From positions 128,001 to 175,847 of the IMG/VR virus record IMGVR_UViG_3300021255_000128: a DNA stretch of 47,847 nucleotides. The stretch is one strand, 5' to 3'. A program made the position numbers and the translations under genes. The notes beneath the pieces were generated by a model. That model ran no database searches. It was not told where the DNA came from and worked only from the letters and a program-made list of their open reading frames with translations. Shown here one piece after another: positions 1 to 11,185 of this stretch (the first letter of the stretch is position 1; every line of letters begins with the position of its first letter). This DNA comes from a virus. Taxonomy: Duplodnaviria; Heunggongvirae; Uroviricota; Caudoviricetes.

Positions 1-141
1 ACCAGCACCAAGTAAAAATCCAATCAATGCACCACCCCAGCCACCAAGGCCTCAACCATTACCATTACCATTGTTGAGAGCATAAGCTAAAGGAAGAGAA
101 TTACCATCATTTCCAAATACGTAAGTTTTTTCTTCTGCCAT
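1..141 (-). CDS. Conserved Bacteroidota-phage protein, N-terminal part only (runs off window): MAEEKTYVFGNDGNSLPLAYALNNGNGNG(W)GLGGWGGALIGFLLGAG
   Basis: ATG at 141 after an A/T-rich leader. The frame is open to the window edge with one in-frame TGA inside a Gly/Trp-rich hydrophobic stretch. A promoter -7 box lies upstream. Confidence 0.7.
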
Positions 142-196
142 TTTATTTAAAATTTAAAAGTTTATTTAAAAATCTACCTTTTGTTGATCAACAGTG

Positions 197-204
197 CAAA
201 GATA
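197..204 (-). promoter_or_regulatory. Bacteroidota primary-sigma -7 element (TATCTTTG)
   Basis: Matches TAnnTTTG about 55 nt upstream of the ATG at 141. The -33 box is non-canonical (TTAG at a 20-nt spacer). Confidence 0.6.
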
Positions 205-323
205 CAACCGATTTAATGGCAGGCCTAACAACGCTAAAAGAAAATTTTTAATTAGTTAATTTATTGATTTTCAATTAGTTATAAAAAATAGGAATTAGTA
301 AAACAATACTAATGATATAAAAC

Positions 324-356
324 AAAAAAGCCCTCCGCGATTTGCGGAAGGCTTTT
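324..356 (-). terminator. Intrinsic terminator, probably bidirectional
   Basis: The minus strand reads AAAAGCCTTCCGC-AAATC-GCGGAGGGCTTTTTT, directly after the stop at 361-363. Confidence 0.8.
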
Positions 357-360
357 CAAA

Positions 361-549
361 TTATTCAGAAAGTTCTGATTTTATAGCTTCAACAGCGCCA
401 CTTACAACAGTTGCAAGCTCTGAAACTTTATCCAATGATGTAGGATGCAAATTATAATTAAGTTCTGAACCCATATTATATGCATCAAATGAACCAACAC
501 CCTCTTTAGTTCCATTTATATTTTGAATGGTTTTATCTCCAGTGCAATT
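361..549 (-). pseudogene. 5'-truncated paralogue of the 1087-1356 small protein (..FNCTGDKTIQNINGTKEGVGSFDAY..VVSGAVEAIKSELSE*)
   Basis: Resembles the C-terminal two-thirds of 1087-1356 (VGSF, then an amphipathic C-terminal helix). The upstream in-frame TAA arrives before any ATG, and a hairpin (550-575) sits where the 5' end should be. Confidence 0.45.
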
Positions 550-589
550 AAATGCCCATTTTCTAACGGGCGTTTATATATTATTTAAA

Positions 590-1057
590 TTATTCTTCAG
601 GTGCTTTCCATAAAACATTTTCAAGAATAGACTCTACATAGTTATTTAGAGGGTCAGCAGCTTTTTCATCCTTAGGCCTATTTTCTTTTCTAAGAGCGTG
701 CCAATCTTCAAATGAAATAGTCTTTACACCCTCAAGTTCAACGTCTGTATTTAACATGTCTGTTCTGGCTTTAATTCAAGCGTTGTATTTTGAATTAAGG
801 TCTGCGAGTTCTGCATTCTGTTCATCGGTACGATTTTCTGTTTCATTGAGAGTCTTATAACGATCATCAAATGCCTGAGGATCATCAATACCAGCATCAT
901 TTAGAATCTGGCGTTCCTTTTCCTGAATTTCCTCGTACTTCTTAACAAGAATATTTCTAAACTTCATTACTTTGTAAGCATTTGCTGCAGAAAGATCGTA
1001 ATTAGTGATGTTATTAACACCAGAATTGATCATGATTAAAATGTCTAAATTTTTCAT
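590..1057 (-). CDS. Hypothetical 155-aa helical protein (code 4), paralogue of 1369-1830
   Basis: Reading through TGA 776-778 gives ..KYNA(W)IKARTDMLNTDVELEGVKTISFEDWHALRKENRPKDE..VLWKAPEE*TAA, collinear with its paralogue. Confidence 0.85.
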
Positions 1058-1086
1058 ACTACATTAACATTAATTTAATAATAAAT

Positions 1087-1356
1087 CTAAATTGTATCTA
1101 AATCTGAAGCGATAGATGTACGAACAGCTTTAATTGCAGCCATTAATGCATCCTGAATAGATTCAGTATCTTTTGTAAAATATAAACTAAAAGAACCAAC
1201 ATTTGTAGAATCAGAAGTGTTAGTTACATTGCCTTTAAATGTAACAAGTTTATCATCAGAATTGGTTGTTAAAGTTCCAGCAACTGTATAATCACCAGAA
1301 GTTGTAGAATAACTACCAGTATGGCCAGTTGCAACATAATTAGTAACAATTGTCAT
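1087..1356 (-). CDS. Hypothetical 89-aa protein (beta-rich N-terminus, C-terminal helix), possibly fibre-associated
   Basis: ORF track entry. No Trp, TAG stop, tightly packed between its neighbours. Confidence 0.8.
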   Translation of the reverse strand: MTIVTNYVATGHTGSYSTTSGDYTVAGTLTTNSDDKLVTFKGNVTNTSDSTNVGSFSLYFTKDTESIQDALMAAIKAVRTSIASDLDTI

Positions 1357-1368
1357 AGTTAATTACTT

Positions 1369-1830
1369 TTATTCATCGGGTTCCACCCACAAAACTCCTT
1401 TAAGAGCATCTTCAATATAATTTGTTATAATCTCAGAATCATCTTTAGGACGATTTTCTTTTCTTAATAAGTATCAATCTTCATAAGAAATTGTTCCAAT
1501 ATCATTTAATGTGATGTTATCTTGTAACATTTCTGTACGTACATCTAAATACTGTTTCCTCTTACTTATAAGACTTTGATATTTTTCGTCTTCTTCACTT
1601 GTTCGAGATTTATTTTCTTCTAATTTTTTTATTTCGGATTCCATTTCTTGCATATCTTGGATATTACTGGCTTCCAGTAGACTTCTTTCAAGAGATTGTA
1701 TTGTTTCAAAGGCTTTACTTAAAATGCTTTTAAATTTTAAGACTTTGTATCTACTAGAAGCCGGTAAAGTATCACAAGTAATATTTGGGAACCCTGAATT
1801 AAACATTATCACTATATCCAAAATTTTCAT
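1369..1830 (-). CDS. Hypothetical 153-aa helical protein (code 4), paralogue of 590-1057
   Basis: MKILDIVIMFNSG.. aligns with MKNLDILIMINSG.. TGA 1474-1476 aligns with TGG 701-703 (ISYED-W vs ISFED-W). The start is placed at ATG 1830 because the promoter overlaps 1851. Confidence 0.85.
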
Positions 1831-1850
1831 ATTACCATTTATTTTGAACA

Positions 1851-1882
1851 CAAAGATAATAAAAAATATTTATAAAACCAAA
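1851..1882 (-). promoter_or_regulatory. Bacteroidota sigma promoter TTTG-N20-TATCTTTG
   Basis: Both boxes present with canonical spacing, 20 nt upstream of ATG 1830. Confidence 0.75.
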
Positions 1883-1888
1883 AATATT

Positions 1889-3058
1889 TTATTGTATTTG
1901 AACGGGATCATCTTCCGTAGTATAGTAAATTTCATCATTTACACTTCCAACAGAAGTATCATCGTTACCATAAATTTCTACACAGACGTATTTTCCTATA
2001 TCATCATGGAAATAGTAATCATATCTATCACTATAATCAGACGTCAGTTCATGATTATATACAATAGTTTTATCAGTTGTTTGAACCCTATCTCATGTTG
2101 TTCCATCTGAACTAATTTTTAAACATATATGTAACTCTCCGAATACTTCTCATAAAGCATCGTGATTAAAGGTAATATAGACATAACCATCATTTGAATC
2201 AACAAATGTACCTTCAAAACTAAATCGAGAATATCCAGTTACATCATATGTCATTCCAGGAATTGCTACATATTTACTTCCTGGTGTACAATAGAATTCA
2301 CAAACTGTCGATGTTTTACCAGTAGGAGAACTAATGGCACCTCTAAAGGTACCATTATCTTTAAATGGAACCGTTCCAACAAAAACATATTGTTCGCCAT
2401 CTTCTGTAAAGAAAATAACACCTCTATTAGGATGCAATCCTGCTCCTGAATCAGACCCATAGCCTCCACCATAGTACATTATATCGTATATATGTAACAA
2501 TGGTCTAGAAACAACGTTTGCACCTAACATATTATTTCTATAATATGTTTTTTGACTAGTATCGTCTGATAAAGTCTTATTATTAAGGTTTTCAGTCTTA
2601 TCAATAAGCATAATTTTTCCATCACTCCATGTTCGTCCAACACTATATCCTGCTGATTGTGGGAATGACATATCCAATTCACTATTAGCTATATATCCAT
2701 CCAAATCAAGAGCTCTAGCCATATCTCCAGAAGTAATATCAGGTCTAGTGTATTTAATCATATCTAACTCCCCTTTTCATTGATAATCTGGATTAGACAT
2801 TGCAGAAACAACATTATTTACAAATTGACTTTGTGTTGATCCTGTTACACAAGACATTCCGGAAGCATAAGTTGTTACTAAAGTTTGTTTATCAATATTA
2901 ACTAAAGACGATTTAACAGGCTTAAATTTAGCCCATTTATTAATTGTTCCCCTTTGTATAAGACTACCAAGATCTAATGACGAATTACTTAAAGCATACG
3001 ATATATCTCCTGTGCTCATTGGAGCGGTTAATGTTTTAGTTTCAGAATTTCAACTCAT
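1889..3058 (-). CDS. Tail-fibre-associated (adhesin-like) protein 1, 389 aa (code 4)
   Basis: Merges track ORFs 2777-3019 and 2150-2761 through TGAs. The N-terminus MS(W)NSETKTLTAPMSTGDISYALSNSSLDLGSLIQRGTINKWAKFKPV is shared with 3081-4283. TAA stop. Confidence 0.8.
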
Positions 3059-3080
3059 ATTAATTTAATTTTATATTAAT

Positions 3081-4283
3081 TTACTCTATCGTTATAAATG
3101 ATGGTCCATATATATTAAGTGTATATGTTGCTCCAGCTTGTGTAATTTGAAGAGAACTGTCATCAATATTGGGATAATCTCCAGCTTTAATATTATAGCT
3201 CGCTACATTCTTTTCAACACTTTGTGAAGATACTCCTCCTGAAGTAGTCCAATCACTTAAAACAAACACATCATTAGATATAGTGCCCTTGACAATATCA
3301 TTATCGTCTCTAATTACAACATTTGCTATAGATATTTTATAATTATTAACAACACTTCCTGGTTTAGTACCTTCAAAAACAATTCTTTTTATTGTATAAT
3401 CTTGAGCTAAATACATACCATAAGTAAGAGTAACAGTATTGGAAGGTGAAGTTGTAGCATATTTAAATGTAAACTTACAATCAGATTTTTTAGGAAAAGG
3501 TAATGGAATCATTTCATATCAATTAGACAATGAACTGACATTTTGAGAAAATCAAGTATTTGTTGTAAAATTATTACTACTATTTACTCCAACAATATAT
3601 CCGTCATACGTACCAGAACTAATTGTTAAATTCGTAGGTAATGTAAAAGAAATCTCTCCATTAACAACAGAATTTGGAATACTTGTATCCATTATTGCAA
3701 CATAAGCTAAAGATGAACTAACTTTAACAATTACAGCTAACAGATAATTATTTAACTGTGTTAATTTAGAAACTTCGATACTAGTACTTCCAGCTTCTCC
3801 ATCATTAGTTTGAATGGTTAAAGTATTAGTTGCACCTTGATAACCATAGAATGTAAACTCAGTTGGTCTATACATTGGTACATTTGGTGTAGAAGTATAT
3901 CCATCATAATCTAGTAGTCTTCTTCAAAATGTTCCATTTAATGGCGGTTGCTGATATACTCAATCTACTGCTGCATCAGCAGTTTCTCCACTAATTTTAT
4001 ATAAATTTGTAGAAGTTGTAACCTTTAGTCCATACGGTGCAAGAACACTACCATCGGAACTACTAACATGTTGCTGCATATGTGTTATTCAAGCTGCATC
4101 ACTTGTATATAATTCATCTGAAGTATCATATCCACTTAAAAGACGTACTGGTTTATGAAGTGCTCATTTTTGGATCGTTCCGTTTGCAATAAGTGTTCCC
4201 AAATCTAATGAAGAATTACTTACAGCTTGACTAACATCACCAAGGGAAATTGGTTTACTCATTAAATAACCATTTCAAGACAT
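3081..4283 (-). CDS. Tail-fibre-associated (adhesin-like) protein 2, 400 aa (code 4)
   Basis: MS(W)NGYLMSKPISLGDVSQAVSNSSLDLGTLIANGTIQK(W)ALHKPV. Merges track ORFs 3552-3875 and 3081-3512 in one frame. Confidence 0.8.
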
Positions 4284-4310
4284 AATTATATTTTTAAATT
4301 AATAATATCA

Positions 4311-4334
4311 AAGTGTCCTCAAAAGAGGACACTT
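4311..4334. terminator. Perfect 10-bp hairpin AAGTGTCCTC-AAAA-GAGGACACTT; weak terminator or mRNA-stabilising stem
   Basis: Perfect inverted repeat 5 nt after the fibre stop codon, with only a short U-tract on the minus strand. Confidence 0.5.
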
Positions 4335-4339
4335 CAACA

Positions 4340-7300
4340 TTATTTTGTTTTTAACTTTAAGTTTTCTTCTAAAAGATCTTTTACTTGTTGTTCTAATTCC
4401 TTAATTCGTTTTTCATGATCTTGTACAACAGATACAATAGGTGAAATTAATTTTGTATAATCAAGTCGTTTATACTTATTAAATATAACACCGATTGCTT
4501 GTGGTAAGTATTGTTCAACTTCTTGAGCAATCATACCTATGTCATCACCGTTGTATTGATCATAGAGCTTTGTTGCTTCTTTCTTTCAAGTAAACGTTAC
4601 AGGATTTAGATTAAGAACAATTTTTTTAGCATCTTCTATAGATAGAGATTGAATATTAGTTTTTAATCTAATATCAGACGCAGCACCACCAGTAACTGCA
4701 CCAGGAGTTTGGAAATTTCCACTCGAGTCTATTCTCACCGAGTTGGCGGAAGTGGAACCAAGGTAAAGATATCCATTGTATCCCTGAATGTACCAAGTCT
4801 TAGATCCTTGGATGAGTTGCAGGTACGGATTTGATGTATCATTGCTGAGAATCCAATAATCTGATCTGAAAACAGATCCGTATACCCTTAATTGTCCACT
4901 TGCGTTTTCAATGATTCGAGACGTATAGTCCGCCGTTGAGTTATTGAAGTGGAAGTCAATATAACCACCATTTCCAGCGGACGATGCTACATTACTGAAC
5001 TCAATACAACTTGTTATTGCAGTTGTTGAAGTTAGCGTAGTGCAGCCAATAGAACCATTAACATCTAACTTGGCGCTGGGCGTAGTTGTACCGATGCCCA
5101 CGTTGCCGGAAGAGTTAAGGTACATTCCTGTCGTATGTGATGTCCCATAAGTGAATGCGATATTGTTCCCACTAACGTATGTATTGTGTCCGGCCCCGGC
5201 ATTGCCCCACGCGAGAAATGCCGCATTAGAAGTGTCTATACTTAATAACGTTCTTCTTGTGCCATCAGTATCAAGTCCTCCGTATGACTGGTTATTGGCA
5301 ATCGTTACACCCGCATTTGCTTGTATGTTCCCGCTTGCCGTCAGCGTAGAGCAGGCCCAAGGGACGGTAGAGAGATTGGAGTTACCGGAGTGCCAAAAGG
5401 TATAGGTGTTCTTATACTTGAATACTCCATTATTGTCAAGATTTACATACGGATGCCCGTCTGCATTATCGTTTTCCAAATATGCACCAACGGACGAATT
5501 GCTACCAACACCCGCGGTCGATGTCCCATTTACTTGGAATCCAATGTATGGGCCAACGACGCCGGTGCTGGATGTCTCTTCATTCAAATACAAGATTGCT
5601 CTTTCTGAAGATTTTAGGGTTCCACCGGTCAACGGAAGAGCATATGAGGAATAGTTACCGGAATGTAATACCGTTTGCCAACCTGACCCATTATACCAAT
5701 AGAGTGTGGTCGGAGCAGAAGCGGTGTACGCGCCCAACATTCCACTTCCCATCTCAATGACTTCGTTATCCATGTCAATACGAGCTGACATGGTTAACTT
5801 GCCAGTCAATGTACCTCCATTTAGTGGAAGATACCCACTGGCGTTATAGGGAGCATAGGTCGTAGAACCAATAAGGTTAGTAATGATAGATTTCGTGAGA
5901 TTAGATGAATTGTATATTGTCTTCCACGCATCAGACGTGAAATTAGATGTTGTCCCCTTGCGGAAATAAATGTTATTAGAGTTATACGGGAAAGCAATCT
6001 GCGTGATGGTGTCTGAAGAAGATGTCCCTCGAATCACAAGCACTTGGCCATAATTGAAATCCGTAGTTCCGCTTTGATTGGAAACGCGATAAATACCAGC
6101 CGTCGTGAATGTGTCAGGAGAGTCCCCATCCACTTTTTTTACTATCCAATCAGTAATACCATATCCACTTAAAGTCGTTGGTTTATCAGAAGTAATCTTA
6201 GTTCATGAAAGATTTGGAACATCAGATGCAGCAAGAGAAGATTTCTTTGCTCAAGCTGATACATCACTTGCAGGTAATGTTGTCGGATACGCAGGTAAAC
6301 TTACAACTCCGCTTGATGGAGAATATGAAGTAGTACCAACTTTTACAGATGTTACAGTACCAGTTTTATTCAATCCAGGGAAGTTGGTCGTATTAACATA
6401 AGAAGTATAATTTCCAGAATGAAGGACTGTATTATCTGTAGCCGTTGATCCAAGAGTACGATTTGGAGTAAAATATAAAACTCCATTCTTTGCTCATAAA
6501 GTATCAACAGTTGTAGTAGTACGGAAGAAATGAATACCTTCTGCGGAATTATCGGCAAGATCTGCTGTATATATAGAATTAACTCCATATATATTAGAAT
6601 TTGATAAGTTCAATGCACCACTATAAGAATCTGCATATTGATTTGCAAGCATGGTGAGTGTGCCTATCATAGTACCACCATTTAATGGAACATATCCATT
6701 TGAATTATATGGAGCATAAGTAGTTGTTCCAATTAATCCGGTAATAACGGATTTTGTTAAATTGTGTGTTCCATATAATTCTGCACTTTCTGCTCAGGAT
6801 GTTCTTGCAGAAGCACTACGCATGATATATGCTCCAAGTGATTGACGATTCACACCGAAAGCAACACCGCCCCCAACGTCGTTTGCGTTATAGCAGTCCA
6901 TGATAATCCAATCCTTATACTGTGAATTACCATTGACCGTGGTGTTCATCATCAGGAACCCTACTTTATTAGTTCCGAAGTAGTTTGGATTCTGCTGTCC
7001 GCCGTTTAGGGTGTAGGAACCAGTTACAACATTTGATCTAGTAGCATATGGTATCGTTAAGTCAGCATTTGTTCCATTGGTATTAACTCTAAGATAATCA
7101 CCGTTAATTGTTGTACTACGTACACCGGAGTTCGTAATAGTTGTACCAGATATTGAAATTCCACCTCCAGCAGAATATTTAGTATCTACTGCTGTAAGAT
7201 TTAATGTTAATGTAGAAGAAGTTCCACCGGTACCAGAATAAGTTCCAGTACCAGAGATATTTGTACCAGTAATTGTAATAGTAGGTAAGTGAGAGGTATG

Positions 7301-10300
7301 AATTTTCTTATCTAGACCTTCACCTGCGTTTGTAGTAAGATTACCTCAAACGGCTGTAAGATCTACTCCACTAGTTCCACCACTATTAGAAAGTCCTCCC
7401 GCACTAACAAATGAATCGGAATAGAATCCAGCATTGGTATGAAGTCCATTGGCATCTAATTCAAGATAATAGGTATCTCCAAATCAAATCTTTTTAGTAG
7501 TAGTAAGTTTTGCACCTCCTGCTAATGTAGAAAGACCTGTAACAGAAAGGGTTGAAGAAAGGGTTGTAGCACCTGTCACATTGAATGTACCACCTACTGC
7601 AAGTTTATAAGATGGTTGTGTGACACCAATACCTACATTGCCATATCCATTTTGAAGAACAAGAGGGCGTGTGTTATTGGTGCCACCGGTTATAAAGATA
7701 TGTGCGTAATCAACGTTTGCAGTTGCACCATTTATGTTAGTAATGGCATTACCTGTTCCCTTTATAGACGCACCACCAGAAAGTGTAGTAGTACCTGTGA
7801 CACTAAGGGTGCCGCCAATAGTAGTATTTCCAGATATTGTTCCTGTACCACTAAAGTCAGCATTTACTCCATAAACTGTAGATCAACGATACGAAGACTC
7901 TCCAAGGGCATAGGTATTCGTTGTGAACGGAGAGATAGTCCTTCATACACGATCATTAATACCACGTGACATTGATACATAGCGATTACCTTGCGAGCTA
8001 TAATTCACTAAACCTATCTGAGCAATTCTTCTTCCGGATGTAGTGTTGGGAGAACCTACAAGGTGAATTCGTATCATATCAAATCCGTAACGCGTTGTTC
8101 CGTTGTCGTTTACGGAATGAGAGAGGGGAGAATAAAACAAATTGCGATTAGCATCAGAAGTGTTCGAAATCTTGCTTACATATGCAGTTTCATAAGCAGA
8201 CAATTTTACAAGCACTTCAACCGTACTGAATCCCCACCCAGAACCGAAATCAATATAGAACTTATTAGAAAAAGAGAAAATATGGGGCAAAGTAATATCT
8301 ATAATGATACCATCTGCTGCCATTTCCTCAGCTGTCGGATTACCGAAGTTGTAATACAAAGGCGAACCATCAAAAATTGCAGCATAAGTATTATCAGACC
8401 CCCACAAGTGCTTTATCGTTAGTGTCTCTTTTGTAAGGTCAGTATCCGTCGTAGAATAAATAGTGACGTGCCCCCCTTGTTGTACCAAGAAAGCAATGTC
8501 ATTATTAAGGAATGGAACGAGAACTCCAACCGTTGACCTTTCTGGATGGGACACCAAGTAAGACGATGCACTATCAGAGATTTTCCCGGATATAATGTTA
8601 CCATTTATAGTAGATACTTGTGTTGCAGTTCCAGCATTAAGATAAATTGGTCTTTCACTCGAACCAATAGTGGAGCTACCGAGTTTACTTGCAGTTCCAA
8701 CAGATAATGTAGATTGTGCCACTCAAGAGGGAGCACCTGAGCCGTTAGATTTAAGAATATAATTGTTAGTTCCAGCTTCTGTTGGAGCATAGAAACTGGC
8801 AGTACTTGACGCCTTACTTGTACCATTCAATGTAACAGCGGTACCTCCAGCATAAGTACTATTTGAAACATTTTCAAGTCCTACATCTGTCTTTGTGACA
8901 GTATCTCAAACAGGAGCAGTACCATTTGTACCATTACCAACCATTCTCAAGAACTTTCTTGTAGTAGTTGTATTATTTGAAATTTGGTCTAATGTTGTAC
9001 TAGCACTAGCATATACAACTCCATACTGAGTTCAAGTAGTCTTTCCAGTACCGCCTTTATCAACTCCAATCTTAGTACCACTTCATGTACCTGAACTAAT
9101 AGTACCAACAGTAGTAATATTACTACTTCCAGATCAAGTTGATAATGCAGTATTTTCTACATTCCCAAGTCCCACATCAGATTTACTAACTGTTTCCCAA
9201 GTAGGAGCCTTACCAGCAGAACCTGTTCCAGTCATACTCAAGAACTTCTTAGTTGCTGTAGTATTTGGAGCAAGGGTTGTCATTGCTGTTGCACTAGAAG
9301 TGTATACAATTCTATAAGCACCAGTAAATGGATTTGAACCTGACATTCCAGTACCACCATAAGCAGCAGTTATTGCAGTGCCGTTCCAAGTACCAGAAGT
9401 GATAGTACCAACTGTAACAATATTACTATTACCTTTGTGATAATAAAGTGTATTAGCTGTGATTAGATTTGTACTAGCTGTAACAGCTGTTGCAGATGTG
9501 TTATTAGTAATTTTACTTGAAGATACATCAAGAGTTCTATTACTTTCAAGACTACCACCACCTGACAAATAACCTGTACCAGTAATAGTCGTTGTTTTAG
9601 CAGCTCATGAGCTTTCGTCACCCAACTGAATCCATTTAGATCCATCTCAAGCAAATTCTTTTCCGCTATATATAACCAAATCACCAGTTTTTGCAGTTAA
9701 ATCAGAGCCGTTAATCTTCGCAGTTTCTGTACCGCCATTAGTAATAGCTGTAGAGCTTTCTCCTCTAAAATACAAAGCAGAAGAAATAGCACTATTTATT
9801 TGAGATTTAACATAATCAGCAAGAACTTTAGCTGTCCATAATCTACCAGTAGTTGCAGTACCTGTAGTTAGATCACTAGCAGAACCAGCAGAATAAGTCG
9901 TATTATTAAATGCATTTGCAGGTAAGCTATACCACTTTAAAGTAGTTCCTGTAAATCCAAGGAAATAATAAGAATCAGATGATGAACTTGTTGCTCTATT
10001 TGCAGTAGAATACATCGGAGCTAATCCATTAACAGAAGCAGTTACAACATTATAAGTAGTATCTGTTGCAGAAATTACACCTGCAGAAGAAATAGAAATA
10101 TTTGTTCCAGCAGTATAAGATAAGTGACTAACGTCAATCTTTTTAGTACTATCTGGTTCAGCTAAAGCTGTTCACAAACCATCCTCATCTATTCCTGATG
10201 AACCACTACTATTACTCAATCCTCCTGCAGAAACAAAACCATCTGCATAAAAGTTTCCTATAAGGTGTCATGCTTTATTAGTATCATCTCATACTAAATT

Positions 10301-11182
10301 AGAAGATGCATTATTATATGTTCCTCCTAATGTGATTCCTCCTGAAAACGTAGAAAGATTGGTTACTCCTAATGTTCCATTTACCTCTAATTTATATGCA
10401 GGATTTGTTTTATTTATACCTACATTACCTCCGTGTATAATATTTACATAATCATTAGCAGAAGTTGCAGTTGTGGATGCAGGACCTCGAAATCGCATAC
10501 CATTTGAATCAACAGTGATACCTCACATTCCAGCATCATATCCTGTTGCATTTGTTGCACCATATCAAATAGACGCAATACCTCCATATTTATGTAATCT
10601 TATACCTTCTGCAAAAGATGCTGTACCGGTAATATTTACTACTGATGAAACAGTTAAAGTTCCTCCAACATTAACGTTACTACTAAATGCACCAGTAGTA
10701 ATGCCTGTTAAAGCTTGTGCAGCAGAACTGGATTGAACTTTAGTAGTACCTATATATAAAGCAGGTATATCCGCAAAAGCAATACTTTCCCAAGAAGGAA
10801 CACTAGAAGTCATTGTTAAATACTTCTTAGTTCCTGTATTTGCTGCTAATTTAGCAAGTGTATTTGCTGCAGAAGCATAAAGTATATCACCTTTAGTATA
10901 AGATGTTAATCCAGTACCGCCTTTAGTTTCATCAATAGCTGTAGCACTTCATGTTCCAGAAGTAATAGTTCCTACTGTAGTGATATCACTAGAACCATTT
11001 CAAGTAGCTCAATAAGCATTTGTACCATTGCTCAAAAGCATCTGTCCTGCTGTTCCAGGGCTCATTGTTGTAGAAGTAGAAGATGAACGAGCCTTTATAG
11101 TATCAACTTGTACAACATCTGCTAAAATTGTATCTGTAACCCTTAAATTACCAGATACAATCGAATCTTTTAATTGTGCCAT
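4340..11182 (-). CDS. Long tail fibre, 2280 aa, with C-terminal peptidase-S74 intramolecular chaperone (code 4)
   Basis: Seven track ORFs share one frame and are separated by TGA. The C-terminus SDIRLKTNIQSL..LNPVTFT(W)..IGMIAQEVE..LDYTKLI plus coiled coil is the S74 signature. Fibre motifs KPTTLSGYGITD, YLPLNGGTLTG, GNVGIGTTTPSAKLDV and LGESSYR(W) are present. Confidence 0.9.
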
Positions 11183-11185
11183 ATA

